NCBI GenBank assembly: GCA_051294375.1
Contig: CM119263.1
Coordinates: 19,594,304-19,658,303 of the forward strand
DNA: 64,000 nucleotides
Source: Paraspadella gotoi
Taxonomy: Eukaryota; Animalia; Chaetognatha
Reading direction: 5' to 3'
Part shown: positions 14,704-30,551 of the stretch, one piece after another
Layout of the letters: each line of letters begins with the position of its first letter
Position numbering within the stretch: the first letter of the stretch is position 1
Notes under the pieces: generated by a model
Told to the model about the DNA's origin: nothing
Databases searched by the model: none
Seen by the model: the letters and a program-made list of their open reading frames with translations, nothing else
Made by a program: the position numbers and the translations under genes

Positions 14704-15386
14704 TAATTTTCAAGTTAAAACCACATTTTTCTCCACTAACCTATATTCTTTCTGACGTCGAACAACGAAAACTAAATTTATAGTAATCTTGAACGGATTA
14801 TAAAAAATATTAAAAGCAAAGGCTATATGTCAGCTCTAGAGACATTTTTTTACGTTTAAAAATTATCACAAAATTTTAACGACGACGAATAACAAAGATA
14901 CAAAAGTTATAACGACGGTATAACGTCGCTATCTTTTACTAATCAACTATAAAAAAATCCTGGTTTTTTTGGACGAGTCTCGGAAGTTTTTCCATTTTGC
15001 ATGAATGAATAAATGAAAGAAAAAATAAGCCTGGAAGCCTAAGAAACATAAGATGAGTTGCAGTAGCTATATGGGTTGAAAATAACGAAAGCGACCAACT
15101 AGTTTGAAAAACGAATTCACGAGAAGAAAATAAAAGTTATTTAAAAAAAAGTTCAAAAAGATAAAATTAATTTTTCTCAAAAAAATCCTTACCTTTGGCT
15201 TTATAACGCTGACGCATCGCACCTTCCAAACAATTACGAAAAAAATTTTCAAATTATTTTCGTAATTCTTTACGTCTTCCTTTTTTGACTCCCACTTTCT
15301 TTTCTCTCTTTTCTTTTCCTTTTTTTATTTTCTTTTTGTGTTTTCTTTTTCCTTTCTTTTCTTTCTAATTTTCTTTTTTTATTTCT

Positions 15387-15426
<40 letters not shown>

Positions 15427-16672
15427 TTCTTCGTTCTTTCTTTTTACTTTCTTTACTTTCTTTCTTTCTTCTATTCTTTCTTTTTCTCCAAGCATTTTTA
15501 TTTACTTATCTTTATTTCAGTATGGCTGCACTTACGCCTCTTTGCTCCCGTCTCCTTTTTTCTTTCTTGTTGCGGTCTTTTTTTTTTTGGCGGTCCCATA
15601 CCCAGTTGAATTATCCCTTTTGAGCGTCAATGGGCATCTGTGCAGGAAAAAGAAAATGGCGACAGATAGAAAGCGCGTTTGTGAGCACTTGATATAGAAA
15701 GAGAGAGATGGAGAGAGATGAGGGAGAAGAGAGAGAATATTGAGAAAAAATAGAACAAGAAAAGAAAGAAAGAGACAGAATTGGAAGATAGCAATCGCTT
15801 TGTGAGACTGATATAGAAAGAAAAAGAGAGCAGAGAGAGAGACGAGAAAGAGAGTATTGATGATATGGCAAAGGCTGAGTGTGATCGGAGTGAGAGAAGA
15901 AGGAGAATCGTGTAAGATGGATTTTTCCCCTCAAGGACTGAAGAATGTGTATCATAAATCGAGCTCGACATACGAGATAACCTTATGTCGAATCATAAAT
16001 CATAGAGAAGATGGTATGAGAAGAAGAGGAGAGAGAAAAAAGAGATAATGCGAAGTAGAGAGTGAGGAGGGGAGATATCTAGACGACTATATGGAGTTGA
16101 GTGTGATTATAAGTGTCTCCGTAGACTAAGGAGAGAAGTTTGTGAGTCAGTCTCTTTCTTTTGTACAAAGATTTTAACGACGACGATAACAAAGAATACA
16201 AAGTTATAACGACTTATAACGTCGCTATCTTTTCATAATCAACTATAAAAAAAATCCTGTTTTTTTTGGACGAGTCTCGGAAGTTTTCCATTTTGCATGA
16301 ATGAATAAATGAAAGAAAAAAAGCCTGAAGCCTAGAAACATAAGATGTTGCAGTAGTAATATGGTGAAAATAAACGAAAGCGAAACTAGTTTGAAAAACG
16401 AATCACGAGAAGAAAATAAAATTATTTAAAAAAAGTTCAAAAAAGATAAAATAATTTTTCTTCAAAAAATCCTTACCTTTGGCTTTGAACGTGACGCATC
16501 TGCACCTCCAACAATTACGAAAAAAATTTTCAAATTATTTTCGAATTCTTTACGTCTTTGCCTTTTTGTGACTCCCACTTTCTTTTCTTCTCTTTTCTTT
16601 TTCCTTTTTTTTATTTTCTTTTTTTGCTTTTCTTTTTCCTTTCTTTTCTTTCTAATTTTCTTCTTTTTTATT

Positions 16673-16765
<93 letters not shown>

Positions 16766-18646
16766 TATTCTTTTTTTTCCTCCAAGCTTTTTATTTCTAT
16801 CTTTTATTTTCAGTATGGCTGACTTTCCGCCTCTTTGCTCCCGTCTCCTTTTTTCTTTCTTGTTGCGGTCTTTTTTTTTTTAATTTTCAAGTTAAAACCA
16901 CATTTTCTCCACTAACCTATATTCTTTCTGACGTCGCAAAACGAAAATATTTTAGTAATCTTGACGGATTAGTAAAAAATACTTAAGAAGCAAAGGCTAA
17001 CTATGTTCAGCTCTAGGACATTTTTTACGTTTAAAATTATCACAAAATTTTAACGACGACGATAACAAAGAATACAAAAGTTTCATAACGACTGTATAAC
17101 GTCGCTATCTTTTATAATCAACTATAAAAAATCCTGGTTTTTTTTGGACGAGTCTCGGAAGTTTTTCCATCTTTGCATGAATGAATAAATGAAAGAAAAA
17201 AAGCCTGAAGCCTAGAAACATAAGATTGATTGCAGTAGTATATGGGGTGAAAATAACGAAAGCGACCAACTAGTTTGAAAAACGAAATTCACGAGAGAAA
17301 ATAAAATATTTTAAAAAAAGTTCAAAAAGCGATAAAATAATTTTCTTTCAAAAAAATCCTTACTTTGGCTTTAAACGCTGACGCATCGCACCTTCCAACA
17401 ATTACGAAAAAAATTTTTCAAATTATTTTCGTAATTCTTTACGTCTTCCTTTTTGACTCCCACTTTCTTTTCTCTCTTTTCTTTTCCTTTTTTTATTTTC
17501 TTGTGTTTCTTTTTCCTTTCTTTTCTTCCTCTAATTTTCTTCTTTTTTTATTTCTCTTTCTTTCTTTTTCTTTCTTTCTTTCTTTCTTTCTTTCTTTTTC
17601 TTCGTTCTTTTTCTTTCTTTTTCTTTTCTTTCTTTTCTTCTATTCTTTTTTTTCTCCAAGCATTTTTATTTCATTAATCTTGTATTTCAGTAGTGGCTGA
17701 CTTTCGCCTCTTTGCTCCCGTCTCCTTTTTTTCTTTCTTGTTGCGGTCTTTTTTTTTTTTGGCGGTTCCCATACCAGTTTGAATTATCCCTCTTTGAGCG
17801 TCAATGGGATCTGTGCAGGAAAAAGAAAAATGGGACAGATAGAAAGCGCTTTGTGAGCACTTGATATAGAAAAGAGAGAGAGTGAAGAGGAGAGAGGGAG
17901 AGAGAGAGAATATTGTAGAAAAAAAGTAGAAACAAGAAAGAAAGAAAAGACAGAATTGGAGATAGCAATCGCTTTGTGAGACTGTATAGAAAGAAAAGAG
18001 AGCAGAGAGCAAGAGAGACGAGAAAGTTTTGATTCGAGAGGNNNNNNNNNNNNNNNNNNNNNNNNNTGGCGGTTCCCATACCCAGTTGAATTATCCCTCT
18101 TGAGCTGTCAATGGGCATCTGTGCAGGAAAAGAAAAATGCGACAGATAGAAAGCGCTTTGTGAGCACTTGATATAGAAAGAGAGAGATTGAGAGAGATGA
18201 GGAGCAGAGAGAGAGAATAATTGAGAAAAAATATAAGAAACAAGAAAGAAAAAGAACAGAATTGGAGATAGCAATCGCTTGTGTGAGACTGTATAGAAAG
18301 AAAAGAGAGAGAGAGCAGACAGACGAGAAAGAGAGTATTGATGATATGGCAAAGGCTGAGTGTGATCGGAGTGAGAGAAGAAGGAGAATCGTGTAAGATG
18401 GATTTTTCCCCTCAAGGACTGAAGAATGTGTATCATAAATCGAGCTCGACATACGAGATAACCTTATGTCGAATCATAAATCATAGAGAAGATGGTATGA
18501 GAAGAAGAGGAGAGAGAAAAAAGAGATAATGCGAAGTAGAGAGTGAGGAGGGGAGATATCTAGACGACTATATGGAGTTGAGTGTGATTATAAGTGTCTC
18601 CGTAGACTAAGGAGAGAAGTTTGTGAGTCAGTCTCTTTCTTTTGTA
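14704..18646. repeat. Tandem partial copies of one ~1.46-kb segment (14704-16165; 16166-16880; 16881-18041; 18067-18646); probably redundant gap-fill sequence
   Basis: taattttcaagttaaaaccacatt starts at 14704 and 16881; ttttaacgacgacg..aacaaag recurs three times; gtgagtcagtctctttcttttgta ends at 16165 and 18646. Copies differ mainly by single-base indels. ORFs 15857-16048 and 18338-18529 are identical. Confidence 0.9.
18042..18066. other. Assembly gap, exactly 25 N
   Basis: 25 N counted. Confidence 0.99.
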
Positions 18647-20234
18647 AAGGGTGGAAAGAGTGAGAGAGAAAATATATTAATTTTCCCCTCAAAAAACTTG
18701 TCTCAATAAATCCAAGATCGACAACGAGAAACCTATTTTCGGAAAATCATAAATCTGAGGAGGAGGAGGAGGAGGAGGAGAAGAAGAAGAAGGAGAAGGA
18801 GGAGGAGGGAGAAGGGTGACTAAAAGGATGTGAGGAGTGTCGGCAAAGAGGACAGGTTGTGAAGATACATTTTGAGAGAAGAGTTGTACGGGATAAGGAA
18901 ATTGAGAGGTGACCAAGGACAGACTGGGTTGTGTCAGGAAGAAGAAGAAGAAGAAATTTAAGAGAAGCGTTAAAATGGAGAATAAAAGGAGAGTAGTATT
19001 TCGTTGACGATAGGTAGGAAATGTGGAAAAGGCTCGAAGAGATAAGTAATAGAGGATGAGATCAGAGAAAAGAGGAGGAAGATGAAAAGGAGTGGGCGGC
19101 GAAGGAAAGCGATTCGGCTCAGGATAAAAGGAAAGCCTGAGTTTCGGAGAATATTTTGAGTTGAGCGCATGAATAATTGCGAGGTCGCATGGAATTTCGT
19201 TCGCAGCTGATGCAACCAGTTATGGCTCTTGTAGTACAGATTCCAAATATTTGTTTGAGAGAAGAAAATTTGTATTTCGTTTACAAACAAGGATATTTAA
19301 AAGAAACAAATAATAACGGACATGTTTCGACTTGCTTGTAAGTCGTCATTAGAGCGAATAAAAATGCTTGCTGGCAGAATCGCCGCCAGGTTTCATTCAC
19401 AAGAATCCCCAATGTTAGTGGAGCGGGGATATTCCATTCAGATTTAAGAGTTTCCACAGATTCCAAATATAAATCATTACTTGAGTTTCGAATCAACGTT
19501 CGTATCGTCACTTCTCAAAATTTTGCGTAAAAACGTTTATCGTTAATTTCTTTCGTTATCTTTTTTCTTACCCTCACGGAAAAAGTAGTCGGCGGACGAG
19601 GTACAATTCTACTGGGAAAACAATTTTGGTCGAGTCGGTGACTGACGATTACTAGTGCGAGAAAAGTTAGTGATTCACCCATGGGTGATCGTTTGAGCAA
19701 ACGGGTGAAAGGGGCGGGGAAGATGAACGAGAAATTCGGTGGGAGAACAAGGCGATGGATGGGAGAACTAAGGGGCGAGAAGGCAGAAGAAAGGGTTGGG
19801 TTGGCGGATGTTGCAGAACAGAAAGCAACAGAGATGGAGAACGAAAATGTTAGGAGGATAACGAGGCTACAGAGGAAGATTACGTAGGGAGGAGAACGCC
19901 TTTTTCTTTTCTTGTGAGCCCCGACCAGGTGGGAGTCTTTAAAGGGTCAGAGGTCATCGCGGCGACGACGACGACGACGACGACAACGACGAAAACCGTT
20001 AAACAACGGAAATCGCGTCGTCGGTTGTTTTGACTCCAGCCGCTTTCTTTTCTCGTTTTAGATTTTTGAGTGGTTGGTGTCCCGTTTTCTTGGTTGCTCG
20101 ATTCTCATACACATATCTTATACGCTACCGTGATTACGATATGTTTTCTCATCTTTTCTTACTCAACAGTTTTCTCTTTGTTTTACAGAAAAGAAAAAAC
20201 CACAAAATATTCAACGCGATTGGACGAAAAAAAA

Positions 20235-20443
20235 NNNNNNNNNNNNNNNNNNNNNNNNNNNNNNNNNNNNNNNNNNNNNNNNNNNNNNNNNNNNNNNNNN
20301 NNNNNNNNNNNNNNNNNNNNNNNNNNNNNNNNNNNNNNNNNNNNNNNNNNNNNNNNNNNNNNNNNNNNNNNNNNNNNNNNNNNNNNNNNNNNNNNNNNNN
20401 NNNNNNNNNNNNNNNNNNNNNNNNNNNNNNNNNNNNNNNNNNN
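20235..20443. other. Sized assembly gap
   Basis: Run of N following an A tract. Confidence 0.99.
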
Positions 20444-21201
20444 AAGAAAAAACGCAGAGAGCATTTTTTTTTTCTTTTGTGTTTTTGGTTTTTTTTTGGT
20501 TAGAGAGAGAGAGAGAGATAGAGAGAGGGCGATTTCCCTCCCGCTTTCATCGGAGCTCATGGGGAAAAAACTGGGGTTTTGTTTTCGGCTCTGGGACATA
20601 ATTCTTTGTGAAAAACAGATAAATATTCCGAGTCGAGGAATCAGAAGTGAATGTGGGGAAAAAAAGTTCGTTCGTCCCGGATACGGTCGCGGTGGAAACC
20701 GTAGAAAGGGTGAAGTGATTGGGTGAGAGGCGGAGGGGCGGGTGAAGGTGAGTGAGATGTATTCACCAAAGATTTCTTCGCGGGCATCGATTCTTTTCTT
20801 TCTTTTTTCCTTCGGCCGCACTCGCGTCATCGACTGTTCTCTCCAGAGATCACGAATCGTTTCCCACCCCCGGGATTGTCAATGACTACGCCGGTTCCGA
20901 CTCGTGTAACAAGACGGCGAAGTCGCCGCGGTTACGATTGTCGCAAATATCCGGGCCGATCGGACTGAATTTTCGCTTTGCATTCAGTTGCGCGGGGAGA
21001 AAGAGAGAGAAAAAAGATTTTTTTTCCCTCTTTTTTTCCTTCAATTCTTTTTTTTTTTCGCCCGGCGAGAAAATTATTATATCCATTCTCTGCTATTGTG
21101 TCCTATTTTTCGTTCCGCTTTAATGCGAGGGAAAAAAAATTGTCTCTCCCTCCCTACTTCGCTCCTTCCTTCCTTCCTTCCTTCCTTCCTTCCTTCCTTC
21201 C

Positions 21202-21487
21202 NNNNNNNNNNNNNNNNNNNNNNNNNNNNNNNNNNNNNNNNNNNNNNNNNNNNNNNNNNNNNNNNNNNNNNNNNNNNNNNNNNNNNNNNNNNNNNNNNNN
21301 NNNNNNNNNNNNNNNNNNNNNNNNNNNNNNNNNNNNNNNNNNNNNNNNNNNNNNNNNNNNNNNNNNNNNNNNNNNNNNNNNNNNNNNNNNNNNNNNNNNN
21401 NNNNNNNNNNNNNNNNNNNNNNNNNNNNNNNNNNNNNNNNNNNNNNNNNNNNNNNNNNNNNNNNNNNNNNNNNNNNNNNNNNNNNNN
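21202..21487. other. Sized assembly gap next to a (CCTT)n repeat
   Basis: Run of N following a CCTT array. Confidence 0.99.
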
Positions 21488-22776
21488 CCCCCCGCCTCAC
21501 CCGGTCACTCCCCTCCATTTTTTTTGGTTCGAAAAATGTTGTTTTCGTCATTTTTGAGCGATAATTGGGTCGAACAAGGTTTCCCGCTCATAATTGCCCA
21601 TTGTTGTTTTTTTCTTCCTGCTTCTTATCCTTTTCAATATTAAAAAAGCTTTTGTCGCGAAGTTTTTTTTTTTTTCTACCCGACAATGCGTCGCAGGTTT
21701 GTAACGGCCTCTCGCAATTATATTTTTTTATCGAATTAATGATGTAAGACATTGCACAATCCTTTGAAAAAAAAAAAGGATACTATTAGTATTAAATTTT
21801 TGAATTGCGCGCGTTTTATGCTTGTATTAAGAAAAATTTTAAATGGAAAATATAGATTTTTAAATAAGAATTCCATTTGTGTTGTATTTAAAAAAAATCG
21901 GTTGAGCCACTCAAGGAGCACCCGAAATAAAATTGGTCAAAAACAAAACAAAAACTTAGGATACAGTTTAACCTTAATTTTCATGCATTCATGTATATAT
22001 TGAGAGTGAAGCACTGAATTGTTTGCCCCGGTTTTTTATTTCTAAAAATTTCCGCTTCAACTGGGCGCCATAGCAAAGTCTGAAAATTTTTTTTTTTTAA
22101 TTTCGTTTCAATTCTTCTTTTTTTGCGAATTTCCTAATAATTTTTGCAGAGATTATTCATTCGTTTTTTTCTTTTGGTATTAATTCTTTTTTCGATATAA
22201 CAAAAAGGATTCTCATCACTGTTTAATTCAATTGTTCACAATTCTTTTGAATTTCACCATTATTTTCCGTTTAGTTATCTTTCATATAGAAATTAATTAA
22301 TATCCTTCTTTTCTATCTATACCCCTCAACCTATTCTTCCCTTCTGTCTTTTTTCTCTCTATTTTTCATCAACTTACTTCATTCAGCCCGTTGTCCTTGT
22401 CTCCATTGCTTCACTTCTCTCCAATCTCTATACTTTCTGTTTTCCACCCTCTCTTCTCGGGTCTTTCTATCTATTTCTCTATCCTTAGCCTTCCCCTCTC
22501 CCATCTCCGCTCTCTCTCTCTCTCTCTCTCTCTTCTCTCAGTCTCTTCTCTCTCTCGAAACTTCTCATCTTCTCTCTCTGCTCGTCTCTCTCTCTCTCTC
22601 TCCTCTCCCTCGCGCTCCTCGGTCAACAACTTTCCCTTCTTTTCTTGGACGCTTCAGACGACGACGTTTATTTCCTTCTCACATTCGCTCAGCGTAAAAA
22701 CGGATTTTTGCAATTTCTTACCGCATAAAACATATTAGAGAGAATTAGAGGAGAAGAGAGAAGAGGAGAGAGAGAC

Positions 22777-22824
<48 letters not shown>

Positions 22825-23547
22825 CATAAAATTCACCCCACTGCTGAGAGAGTGATATCAGAAATAATTCGCCTTTTGTTGCGATGAAAGGAAACGTTGG
22901 CACAACATTGCTGAAAACGAGTGAATGAACAATCTTAGATTAAATCTTCTGGTTGTGACCAGGCGTCTGTATAATCTCAATATTTCAGAATATTTTACAA
23001 AGTGTGTTTGGAAGGTCAGGAGGTGGGATTGTGAGAAACTCACACAGGCAGTGAAGTCAGCGTGAGCGATGGGTAAGAAAGAAGTGAATCTGTCTGATGG
23101 ATTTGAACCTCGGGGTGAGTGACTCTAATTCGGGATTTCTGTCGCGAAGTTCTTCGATTCGTTTTTGAGAAATCTGCTTTCCTTCCTTCCTTCTTTCCTT
23201 CTTTCTTCTTTTTTTACATTTCTTCTTTTTTTCTCTCGCTTCGTTCAACCGAATTCTCATTCTTTCATTCATCTTCTCTTTTCTTTTACTTCTTTTTTTG
23301 GAATTCCTTTTTTACTTTTCTTTAATTCCACCTTTCTTACACCGGGTAGTTTTTAATGGTTTTTTGTTGTCTTCCCCTTTTCTTTCATAGGGATTCCCTT
23401 TTTCTTTTCTTCTTTATTTTCTGCGTGCGTCTCATTTCATGGCTTTCTACTCGTTTTCTTAGAATCTTTTGTTTTTTCCCTTTTCCCCCTTCATTTTTTT
23501 CCTCCCTTAACTCAGCCGCTTTTGTATTTGTTTTTCTTCCTCCACTC

Positions 23548-23582
<35 letters not shown>

Positions 23583-24307
23583 CTCATCTCTCTCTCTCTC
23601 TCTCTCTTTCAATTTTTATCTTCTATAGACCTTCGAGTGAGATAACGTAGTTTGCAGTTACCATTCTGGATATTTATAGTTTTAATATTTTGATTTTTGT
23701 TTTCATATATGTTTATGTTTTCGTTAGTTTTCCTTTTTTTCAACTTGTTTCCTTTCCTCCTTTTCATTACTTCTCCCCCTTTTCCTTTCCTCCATCGCCG
23801 GGGACTCATTTTCTTCGCGCCTCACTTAATCTCTTTCTCGTCGTTATCTTCTTTTTTTTGTCGTTTTGTCATCCTCCCTCTTGTCAGTTTGTCATCTTCC
23901 TTCTTGTCCTCGTGACGATCTTTTTGAGTCGTTTCATTGTCTTCAGCCTTTTCGTTTGCTGAAATATTTTCGGTATTTCATTTTTTGGTTATTGTTCTCG
24001 CTAGATTATCATTTCCTAAGAAATTGTTACACCCAAAAAAACAGTTATCCATTCAATGCTTCATTACTTTTAAGCAATAATCTTCGAAATAGTTATTTAA
24101 TAGGATATTTTTTGGGGACCAATATATTTTCCGCGCCTTCATCCATCTCTCACAAATTCAATCTATATAAAACTCTCTCCCATCTCTTTCCTCGTCGGCA
24201 TCCATGCTCGTTACCATGCCCTGCCTTTTCCGTTTTCTTCCCTCCATGTCAACCGCATGAGCGGACTCTCTAAAAATTCCGGCGTAAAGCGCAGCAGACT
24301 TTATCAT

Positions 24308-24308
<1 letters not shown>

Positions 24309-24343
<35 letters not shown>
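24309..24343. repeat. (CGT)n trinucleotide microsatellite
   Basis: Direct reading; similar GAC/GTC arrays occur at ~19963, 28189, 38582, 49027 and 62834. Confidence 0.9.
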
Positions 24344-24344
<1 letters not shown>

Positions 24345-24491
24345 TAGACATTTGAAGAGGACGCTGCCTCACGCAGCCAAAGGAGCGACGGACGACGTAT
24401 TGAGCTTTTGTCTAGAAAATCTGTCAGCGATCGTTTATGAAAACGTTGCTATTGCCATGTCCACTTCTCTTCTTTTTTCTTTCATTTTTTC

Positions 24492-24492
<1 letters not shown>

Positions 24493-24586
<94 letters not shown>
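24493..24586. repeat. (CTTT)n microsatellite
   Basis: Direct reading. Confidence 0.9.
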
Positions 24587-25354
24587 CTATTTTTTTTGGT
24601 TTAGTATCTGTGCAAAGAGTTATAAATATACATATAAACATATATTTTCTTCATCTTTTTTGTTATTTCCAGAATTCTCCTTCCTCATTCTGCCCCTAAC
24701 TTCGTTTAAGAACTCTCCCCCGCAGACCTTTGGCTCTCCTAAGTTAGTTTAGGTTTTTCTGCTGCCAATAACAGTTGCATTAGCTCGCCACTTTTATTAG
24801 AATGGACAGAAGGCGGGGGAGAAGGAGAAGCGAAAGAAAGAAAGGGGAGTGGGGCGGGTGAGTAGAGCTAAAGCGGAGAAAAATATGAGACAAAATAAAT
24901 AATGAGGAAAATACCTCGCTTTTTCTTTTTTTTCTGCGACAACGTCAAGACTCAAGACTGAACTGCGATTTTTCGATTCAAGATTTTCCTTTCATTTTTT
25001 TCTTTCTCCTCTTCCCGTCTTTTGCAATCTCCATTTTAATTCGACGAGGGTTTAACCTTTTGAACCGAAAACAAAAGACAATAATAACTCGAAAATTGCA
25101 AAAAGGGAGCGAAAAAAAATGGATGGAAACACTTTTTTTTCCGTCTTGAGGTGACGAGGAAAGAGAAAAGAGGGAAATTCTCTTAGTTTTTTTTTTCTTT
25201 TCGTCATTCGGAGGCCATTTGTCTTTGAATTCCGACGCAAGTCGCGCCTCTTTCGGCGAACCGCGGGATTCGAGGACAAAAGGGCATCGATTTTAGTCTC
25301 ACCTTCGGATCGCTTCAGGGCGAAGGATGGGTTTTGGACAGATGGACGATCGGA

Positions 25355-25686
25355 AACAGCACATAATATGAATTTGTGCTTTGACGTAATATTACTGCCC
25401 GTTGGAAAAGAACAGTGATAGCGTAATAGTGCCGTTGGCTAACGCTTCACCTTCGAACGAATGGGTTCTGGTATCCATGATCGGAACGGTTAAACGACCG
25501 GGAGCCATTCTGCCGCAGGACCCTAAGTAAGGGAAAGCGAAGCAACTAACGGCGAAAGCTCCCAGGACTCACTATGTGTGGGGGTTATCCACGCAGTCAA
25601 AGGGGCATGGCGACCCTTGCTTGGCTTGGTCACTCATAGCACATAACATAACATAACATAACATAACATAACATAACAGCACATAA
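25355..25686 (+). mobile_element. SINE-like retroposon or 5'-truncated LINE 3' end (~310 bp) with 12-bp TSD and (ACATA)n tail
   Basis: AACAGCACATAA occurs at 25355-25366 and 25675-25686; (ACATA)7 tail at 25641-25675; A-box-like TAGCGTAATAG at 25419 and degenerate B-box-like GTTCTGGTATCC at 25465 (46 nt apart, tRNA-like spacing); composition differs from the flanks. Confidence 0.6.
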
Positions 25687-26094
25687 CTCATAACGCATAG
25701 GGTTGAAAAGGAATAAACTGAAAGAGATGGAGAAGGCAAAAAAGAATTTAAAGAAAATGAGCAAAATTGAACAGAACCTCCGGAATCCATCTCGTCCTAG
25801 GTTCGCGGGAAAAGCTAGTATATAAGTATAAGTAATTATAAGTAATTTATTTTTCAACTCTCGACTAAGATTGTCGCCTCGACCTTACACGCGCCCTTAC
25901 ACGCGCAGTTAATCATCGCACAATGCGGCGGATGCGACCGCGCCGCGTTACCCATGTCCCGCGGGGAGCGGAGCGACGCGAGGATGAAAATATATCTCCT
26001 GAAAGGAGAGGAGAAGTTTATGCGAATCCATGAAAATAATGAATAAAAGGAAGAGATGCGAAAAAAATAGACTCGAGAGATCGAGAGAGAATGG

Positions 26095-26205
<111 letters not shown>

Positions 26206-27557
26206 CGTATCTCGGCTTCAAATAACCCCCCTGAGGACAGACCTACTTTATCATACTCAATATCAACTCAGCTTTGTTCGAGGACGATGAGATGAGAATA
26301 TAAGATGAAGATAAGGATGATTCGATGATGTGATTAGCTCGAGATGAGGTGAGGTTTTGATTAGGATGAAATTATAACCTCACCTTCGAAGAGAGGAAAC
26401 TCGTCTCTCTCTTATACAACGAATTTTGACGAAGGCGTCTCGCGATACTGATGTCAATTGAATTATCATCTCATTGTATTTTTTAAAATTCTAAAAATAT
26501 TATATTCGTAATTTAAATTTTGAATTTAATAGCAGTTGAATCCTATTTAAATTGAGTATTTGAATCGATATAAGTCACGCAATTCATATGTATCAGGAAA
26601 AATCCGTCCTATTTATAAAACATTAAAAAAAAAATTTAATAATCTGTGGCCTCGCGGTATTTTCAAGGTTTGCGTAAAAAAAGGAGGTGATAGGGGAACG
26701 AAGTGGGGGAAGGCGGGATGCCCTAGAGGCTTTTTTTTAAAAAAAAGATGAGGCCTTAAAAGAGTTCGTTCGGGGATTCGAAAAGAATCGAAATATTGGA
26801 AAAGGTCATGGCGAGCAGCCAACTCGAGAATAATAAGAAATGTCCGCTTGAACGATTGCCAAACTCGAAAGACTGTTCCTGTTACACCCATCAGATTTTG
26901 CCCCCGCCACCAATAATTAAACACACTGCTGCCGACAGAGACGAGCACAGAGAGATAGACAGAGAGATCCGACGAGACTGGAGCGACTCTGAGCAGACGA
27001 CCGAGAGGACGAGAGCCGCGAGAGAGAGAAGCACGAGAGAGAGACGAGGAAGAGGCAGCGAAGACGTCATCATTCCCCCCGGGCGGGAAAAGGAGCCCAG
27101 GGGATGATAAGTGCGGTTGAGAGCGAAGACAGCGGAGAACTGAAGTAAACAAATCTAAAACGATTTCTAGTAATATTAATAAACCTACTGTATATAAAGT
27201 AATATAGTTAGTGGCTCTTTCTATTTCCTTTTCTTTTAAATCTCACATTACTTACTTCTTTATCTTCTTCACTGCCTCCTTTCCGTTTTCTCTCTTTCGA
27301 GTTTCATTCGGATCAATTTTCCTTAATTTTCCCCCGCCGTCTGAGAAAAGAGAGCCGGCAGACGGACGGACGGACGGACGGACGGACGGACGGACGGACG
27401 AAGATATGGACCGAAGAACGGACGGACGGAGGGAGAGACGAACGGTCGGGTGAAAGATGAGACGGACGGACCATCTGTGCTTTATGGATCCCTGATGATT
27501 CGAACAATGATGAGATTTTCTTTCATTTACGGGAGTAAGAAGAGGGTGAAAATGAGA

Positions 27558-30551
<2,994 letters not shown>

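Noticed and set aside
25412-25485. Functional tRNA gene
   Set aside because: The B box is degenerate and no convincing cloverleaf or acceptor stem can be drawn; at most a tRNA-derived SINE head.
25463-25563. Canonical HDV-like or hammerhead ribozyme call
   Set aside because: Crossing helices and a CGAA are present, but there is no 3-bp P3 with the conserved L3, no GG for P1.1, and no CUGANGA hammerhead core. Kept only as an unclassified structure.
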